In this document: piece after piece, positions 49,452-53,072 of the stretch
Position numbering within the stretch: the first letter of the stretch is position 1
Layout of the letters: each line of letters starts with the position of its first letter
Origin: Candidatus Levybacteria bacterium CG2_30_37_29
GTDB lineage: Bacteria; Patescibacteriota; Microgenomatia; Levybacterales; GWA1-39-11
Reading direction: 5' to 3'
Assembly (NCBI GenBank): GCA_001873215.1
Contig: MNYS01000006.1
Coordinates: forward strand, 1,767-54,838
Length of the DNA stretch: 53,072 nt
Made by a program: the position numbers and the translations under genes
The notes under the pieces: model-generated
Seen by the model: the letters and a program-made list of their open reading frames with translations, nothing else
The model's database searches: none
Told to the model about the DNA's origin: nothing

Positions 49452-52349
49452 TTAGTACGCGGCGCCTATCGTTTTTCTCAAAATTCTTTTTGCGTAGGCA
49501 AGCCACATAATTATTGTAACAACGGTTATTCCTATAAAAGGAAGGGCTCTCAAGAGTCCTATGCTTTGCGCAAAAATTAACTCAAGAAAAATACAGATTA
49601 GTATTATAAATTCAAACAAAAACCCTATAAAATTTTCCGCGCCGCCGAGAACCAGCCTTGAAAATGATGGTATTGGGTTGTCTTCTATCTTTTTTATTAT
49701 GTACTCCAGCTTTCCGATAAGAGCGTTCGGAAGGTAATCGGGAATTGTAAAACCTTCGTAATCATTTTTTGAAATGACAATTTTATATTTAGCGGCTTGA
49801 GGCTTTCTCATATAAAACTCACCGATTTTATTTGTTGAAGTTTGCGCTAAAAGTGTGTTTGATTTAGCATCATAAAGCTTAACTGTCGCGCGCGAAACCG
49901 CACGTCCGCCGTGTTGATCCTTTACTTCACCGTGAACATATCGTTCATGTGTCCTCCTAAATAAAGTATCTTCCGCGTTGAAAAGAAAAAAGAGAGGAAG
50001 ATGCTGAAGCGGAATATGAGTTCTGACACTGAAGGAAAAAATTGAAATTGTGACAAGAAGGGTAAGCGAAACAAGCGCTACAAGGTCAAAGAATCTTATT
50101 GATTTTGAAATATCTTTCACGAAAACAACAGTACTGTTGAAAACGTCGTAAGCTGTTCCGGCGTAATATATTATGGTGGTTATTATATTAAAAGGTTGTT
50201 TGTCAAGGTAAATTTGCGGATAGTTTTGATTCTCTTTTGCACCGATTACAAACTCTACATTTGTCAGCGGATACCCCAAAGCATTAATTTGAACCTTATA
50301 TTTGCCTTCTGCAAGAACTATCGGTACGGTCCCGTCATACAAAGAATTGCTTGGGTTTTTTACGCCTATGACATCGGACGATATGATACTGTATATTCTT
50401 GAAGACGGATTATAAAAGTAAAAAAGAACAGTCGCATTTTCAACCGGCTGATGGGTTGATTTGTCAAAAATGCCGAATGGTTTTACAATTCTAATTTCTC
50501 CAATCTTTTGCTCGGCGACATTTCCGTTATTGTCATATATTTGAATAAATAGCTCGTATATTCCCGGAATCGGCTGTCCCAAAAGCCTTCCCGCGTATAC
50601 TCCTGTTTGAACTTCTTGGATTTCTACATTCGCGCTGTTGTCATTTGATGCTTCAGCACTGCTTACGCCCAAAACCTTTTTATTTCTAAGTATTGCCTTT
50701 ATTCTTTTGACAACCTGACGTCCCTGCAGGGAAAATCTGAATTGATAAGGTGTGCTTATAGGTAAAACCATAATGGGTTTATTTTCGGCGATTTTGTTTG
50801 AAGGGTCATCGCCCGTAGTTGCGGCACCGGTTGAGCCTGTATCCGGAGATAGATTGCTTACAAGAATAGTATTGGAGCTTGTGACAACGAGGGTTTGAAA
50901 ATCTATTTCCGGAGCAAGAGAGGGAAGGGCGGTTTTAAAAGTAAAAATATCAGAATCAATAGTGCCCCCGCTTTTGTCAATTGCGCGTACTTTAAAGTAA
51001 TACTCTGTATCGGGTGAAAGGGCAGAAAGAAAAATTATTCGTGAAGTTGAAAAAGCAGGGTCTGTCGTTTTGCCGCCCAAATTGTTTATCGATGTGCCGT
51101 AATTTAAAACAACGCCGGTTGAATTTGTTGTTGTAATCCCGATTGACGCATTTGTCGCCAAAACACTTCTTACGGTTATATCTTGAAAGGAAAGTTTTGT
51201 TTTTGTTTTAGGAGTAGGGGTAGGTGTCAATTTGACTTTTGGCGTGGGAGTTGGAGTTGCTGTTGTAGCGGGTTTTGGGGTAGGGGTATTCGTTGCGCCG
51301 GGAGCGGGAGTCGAAGTTGGGCCAGGAGTAGATGTAGGGGTAGAAGTTGGACTAGATTGGGAGCTATTTTGGTAAGTAAGACTTACTGTAGAATCGGCAG
51401 TGCTTACGTTGCCGGGACCGATAATCCGCGCTTTGACAGGAAATGTTATTGCGCTTGACCCTGTATAATTTTCCGTTTCGAGCTTGAAAGAAACAGTTTG
51501 TCCGGAAGTATTTGCAGGAAAACTTGAAATCGTCCACGTAATTTTATTGTTTACCGTATCAATAACAGGTGCAGTACTTGCGTACGCACTTCCCGCAGAT
51601 CCCACAACATAACTCACAATATCAACTGATGGAGATCCTTGTCCGCTTAATGTTCCTTGGTACCATTGCGCTTCAAGCGTTATGTTGGAGGCGTAAGAAA
51701 GATTTGACCCATAGGTTATTTTGTAGGATATTGTAGTATTTTCGGGAAAAAGACTGTTTGATGGGTCTGTTTTTTCAAGATTTACGGAAAAATCGGTAGG
51801 ATTTGCGGGGACAGTTGCGGTGACACTAATTTGGTCATCTGAAACAATAGAAAACGCAATCGGGACCGTATCAATAGTTGTATTTGAAGAATTTCTTGTT
51901 GCAAAGTTCCCCGCCTTGTTGTTTCCCGCGCTTCCAGTTGTCGAGCTTCCCGATGAAAAATTAAAACAATAAAGACTTGAGGTTGATAAATCAGAGCTTG
52001 TAAAGATAATGGAGTTATTCGTAACCTGCGAAACACCGATTCCAGGCCATGCAACAGCGCCTGCGGGAAGATTGGAGGTCGAGACAGACCAGTTTGAAGT
52101 GTTCGAGTTGATTGTGAAATCTGACGGAAAGTCGATAACAACTTTTGCTTCTGTTCCGGCACCGCTTGATGACGGTGTTGCGCATGCAGTTCCCGAAAGA
52201 GTAGTACTTGCTTTATTCCGATCCAATCGGACATAAGAATCGGTGAATGAGGAAGCATGGACCGAGAGAGCAAAAAACATAAAACAAAAAACAAAGAGTA
52301 AAAAACAAAGAAGAGTTTTGTATTTTCTGAGAAATAAGGCAGGTAGCAT
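49452..52349 (-). CDS. 965-aa surface/membrane chimera: pilin-like N-terminal domain, beta-sandwich domains, P/T-rich linker, FN3-like and carboxypeptidase-regulatory-like domains, then a C-terminal polytopic membrane region
   Basis: It has a signal peptide. The N-terminal domain is homologous to 35973. The linker is SSPTSTPTSTPGPTSTPAPGATNTPTPKPATTATPTPTPKVKLTPTPTPKTKTK. TM segments include LVALVSLTLLVTISIFSF, FIGFLFEFIILICIFLELIF and LPFIGITVVTIIMWLAY. Confidence 0.65.
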   Translation of the reverse strand: MLPALFLRKYKTLLCFLLFVFCFMFFALSVHASSFTDSYVRLDRNKASTTLSGTACATPSSSGAGTEAKVVIDFPSDFTINSNTSNWSVSTSNLPAGAVAWPGIGVSQVTNNSIIFTSSDLSTSSLYCFNFSSGSSTTGSAGNNKAGNFATRNSSNTTIDTVPIAFSIVSDDQISVTATVPANPTDFSVNLEKTDPSNSLFPENTTISYKITYGSNLSYASNITLEAQWYQGTLSGQGSPSVDIVSYVVGSAGSAYASTAPVIDTVNNKITWTISSFPANTSGQTVSFKLETENYTGSSAITFPVKARIIGPGNVSTADSTVSLTYQNSSQSSPTSTPTSTPGPTSTPAPGATNTPTPKPATTATPTPTPKVKLTPTPTPKTKTKLSFQDITVRSVLATNASIGITTTNSTGVVLNYGTSINNLGGKTTDPAFSTSRIIFLSALSPDTEYYFKVRAIDKSGGTIDSDIFTFKTALPSLAPEIDFQTLVVTSSNTILVSNLSPDTGSTGAATTGDDPSNKIAENKPIMVLPISTPYQFRFSLQGRQVVKRIKAILRNKKVLGVSSAEASNDNSANVEIQEVQTGVYAGRLLGQPIPGIYELFIQIYDNNGNVAEQKIGEIRIVKPFGIFDKSTHQPVENATVLFYFYNPSSRIYSIISSDVIGVKNPSNSLYDGTVPIVLAEGKYKVQINALGYPLTNVEFVIGAKENQNYPQIYLDKQPFNIITTIIYYAGTAYDVFNSTVVFVKDISKSIRFFDLVALVSLTLLVTISIFSFSVRTHIPLQHLPLFFLFNAEDTLFRRTHERYVHGEVKDQHGGRAVSRATVKLYDAKSNTLLAQTSTNKIGEFYMRKPQAAKYKIVISKNDYEGFTIPDYLPNALIGKLEYIIKKIEDNPIPSFSRLVLGGAENFIGFLFEFIILICIFLELIFAQSIGLLRALPFIGITVVTIIMWLAYAKRILRKTIGAAY

Positions 52350-52411
52350 GCTTTAATAATACATATTGTCAAGGTAAAAAGTAAAGTTTGAAATTAGAGG
52401 CGGTATATTTC

Positions 52412-52440
52412 TTGACAGAAAAGAGGATTTGAGGCATACT
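52412..52440 (+). promoter_or_regulatory. Sigma70-like promoter (TTGACA, 17 nt, CATACT)
   Basis: Read directly from the sequence. It lies upstream of the AT-rich leader repeat and the 52563 start. Confidence 0.45.
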
Positions 52441-52477
52441 ATACTATACAAATAACAATTTTAAATTATAAATTACA

Positions 52478-52554
52478 AATTTTAAATCAAGTATAAATTT
52501 TAAAATTAAAAACTTTAACATTCAATTAAAATTTAAAATTGAAAATTTAAAATT
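52478..52554 (+). repeat. AT-rich leader repeat (copy Y) ending 8 nt before a start codon
   Basis: Aligns with 14280..14363. Confidence 0.7.
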
Positions 52555-52562
52555 ATACCGGT

Positions 52563-53072
52563 ATGAAAGCTTTTAAAAAGTTGCCTATAAATAAAACCAC
52601 TTACATTATTGCCGTTGTAGCTTTTATTATTGTCGGGATTATTCCGTCATTTTATTTTTATAACCAATACAAAACATCTCAAAAGCTTTTACAAAACCCA
52701 AATCAGGCTGCAAAACAAGAAATAAAATCTCTTGTTGAAAAAGTCGGAAAGCTTATGGTGCTTCCAAAAGGAGAAGATCCTACGGTTGCCACAGTGACAG
52801 ATAAGACAAAACTTGCAGGTCAGGCTTTCTTTCAAAATGCCGAGAACGGAGACAAAGTTCTGATATATGGAAATGCACAAAAAGTATTTTTGTATAGGTC
52901 TTCTATTAATAAGATTATAAATGTAGGACCGATTAATACGGGCGGTGAGACAAATGCGAATCCTGCAAATTCTCCTGCACCGATAACTTCCAAAGTTTCT
53001 CCGTCGCAAGGCCCTACTTCAACACCTACCCCTACGCCAAAACAGCTCAGAACCGTTTTGCTAAATGGCACA
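52563..53072 (+). CDS. Partial membrane-anchored protein with P/T-rich linker (C-terminus beyond the window)
   Basis: Hand translation gives MKAFKKLPINKTTYIIAVVAFIIVGIIPSFYF...GPTSTPTPTPKQLRTVLLNGT, open to the window end. The final LRTVLLNGT could begin a LytR_C-type domain (weak). Confidence 0.55.
   Translation, partial: MKAFKKLPINKTTYIIAVVAFIIVGIIPSFYFYNQYKTSQKLLQNPNQAAKQEIKSLVEKVGKLMVLPKGEDPTVATVTDKTKLAGQAFFQNAENGDKVLIYGNAQKVFLYRSSINKIINVGPINTGGETNANPANSPAPITSKVSPSQGPTSTPTPTPKQLRTVLLNGT

Overview
This 53-kb window is low-GC (about one-third GC in hand-counted stretches), gene-dense and full of small repeats. The gene content suggests a Candidate Phyla Radiation/Patescibacteria-type bacterium, but that is inference; no database search was possible.

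Recognisable core genes are leuS, comEA, a split comEC, mreB, a tagA/wecG-type glycosyltransferase, pyrF, uppP, an NRAMP transporter, a polysaccharide deacetylase, a response regulator/histidine kinase pair and two tRNA-Thr genes. About half the window encodes secreted or anchored beta-rich surface proteins. These occur as four anchor genes in three loci with pilin-like partners ending in ...Y-x3-hydrophobic-x-A-T-(P/G)-x-F-COOH, plus two adjacent giant fibre-like genes (1235 and 1488 aa) and a 965-aa chimera.

The most unusual content is as follows.
1. Two roughly 1.5-kb GC-rich cassettes (about 5690-7240 and 31005-32700) look compositionally foreign. Each is a compact Shine-Dalgarno-led operon of small unknown proteins bracketed by an inverted repeat (16 bp perfect in the second), and both share a CCGATTnAATCGG-type palindrome.
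2. Several short repeat families are inserted in frame into essential genes, with at least five insertions in leuS.
3. A REP-associated tyrosine transposase (RAYT) gene is flanked by its own REP hairpin and also carries one copy inside its reading frame.
4. A roughly 230-290-nt hairpin-rich intergenic repeat family shows compensatory stem substitutions.
5. Three four-helix-bundle (Avd / 23S-IVS-protein-like) genes each sit between imperfect inverted word repeats.

CDS coordinates follow the ORF track, with some starts moved to an in-frame ATG I chose by hand. The two window-edge CDSs, the 25644..25805 small ORF and all non-CDS features are hand-counted and may be off by 1-2 nt.
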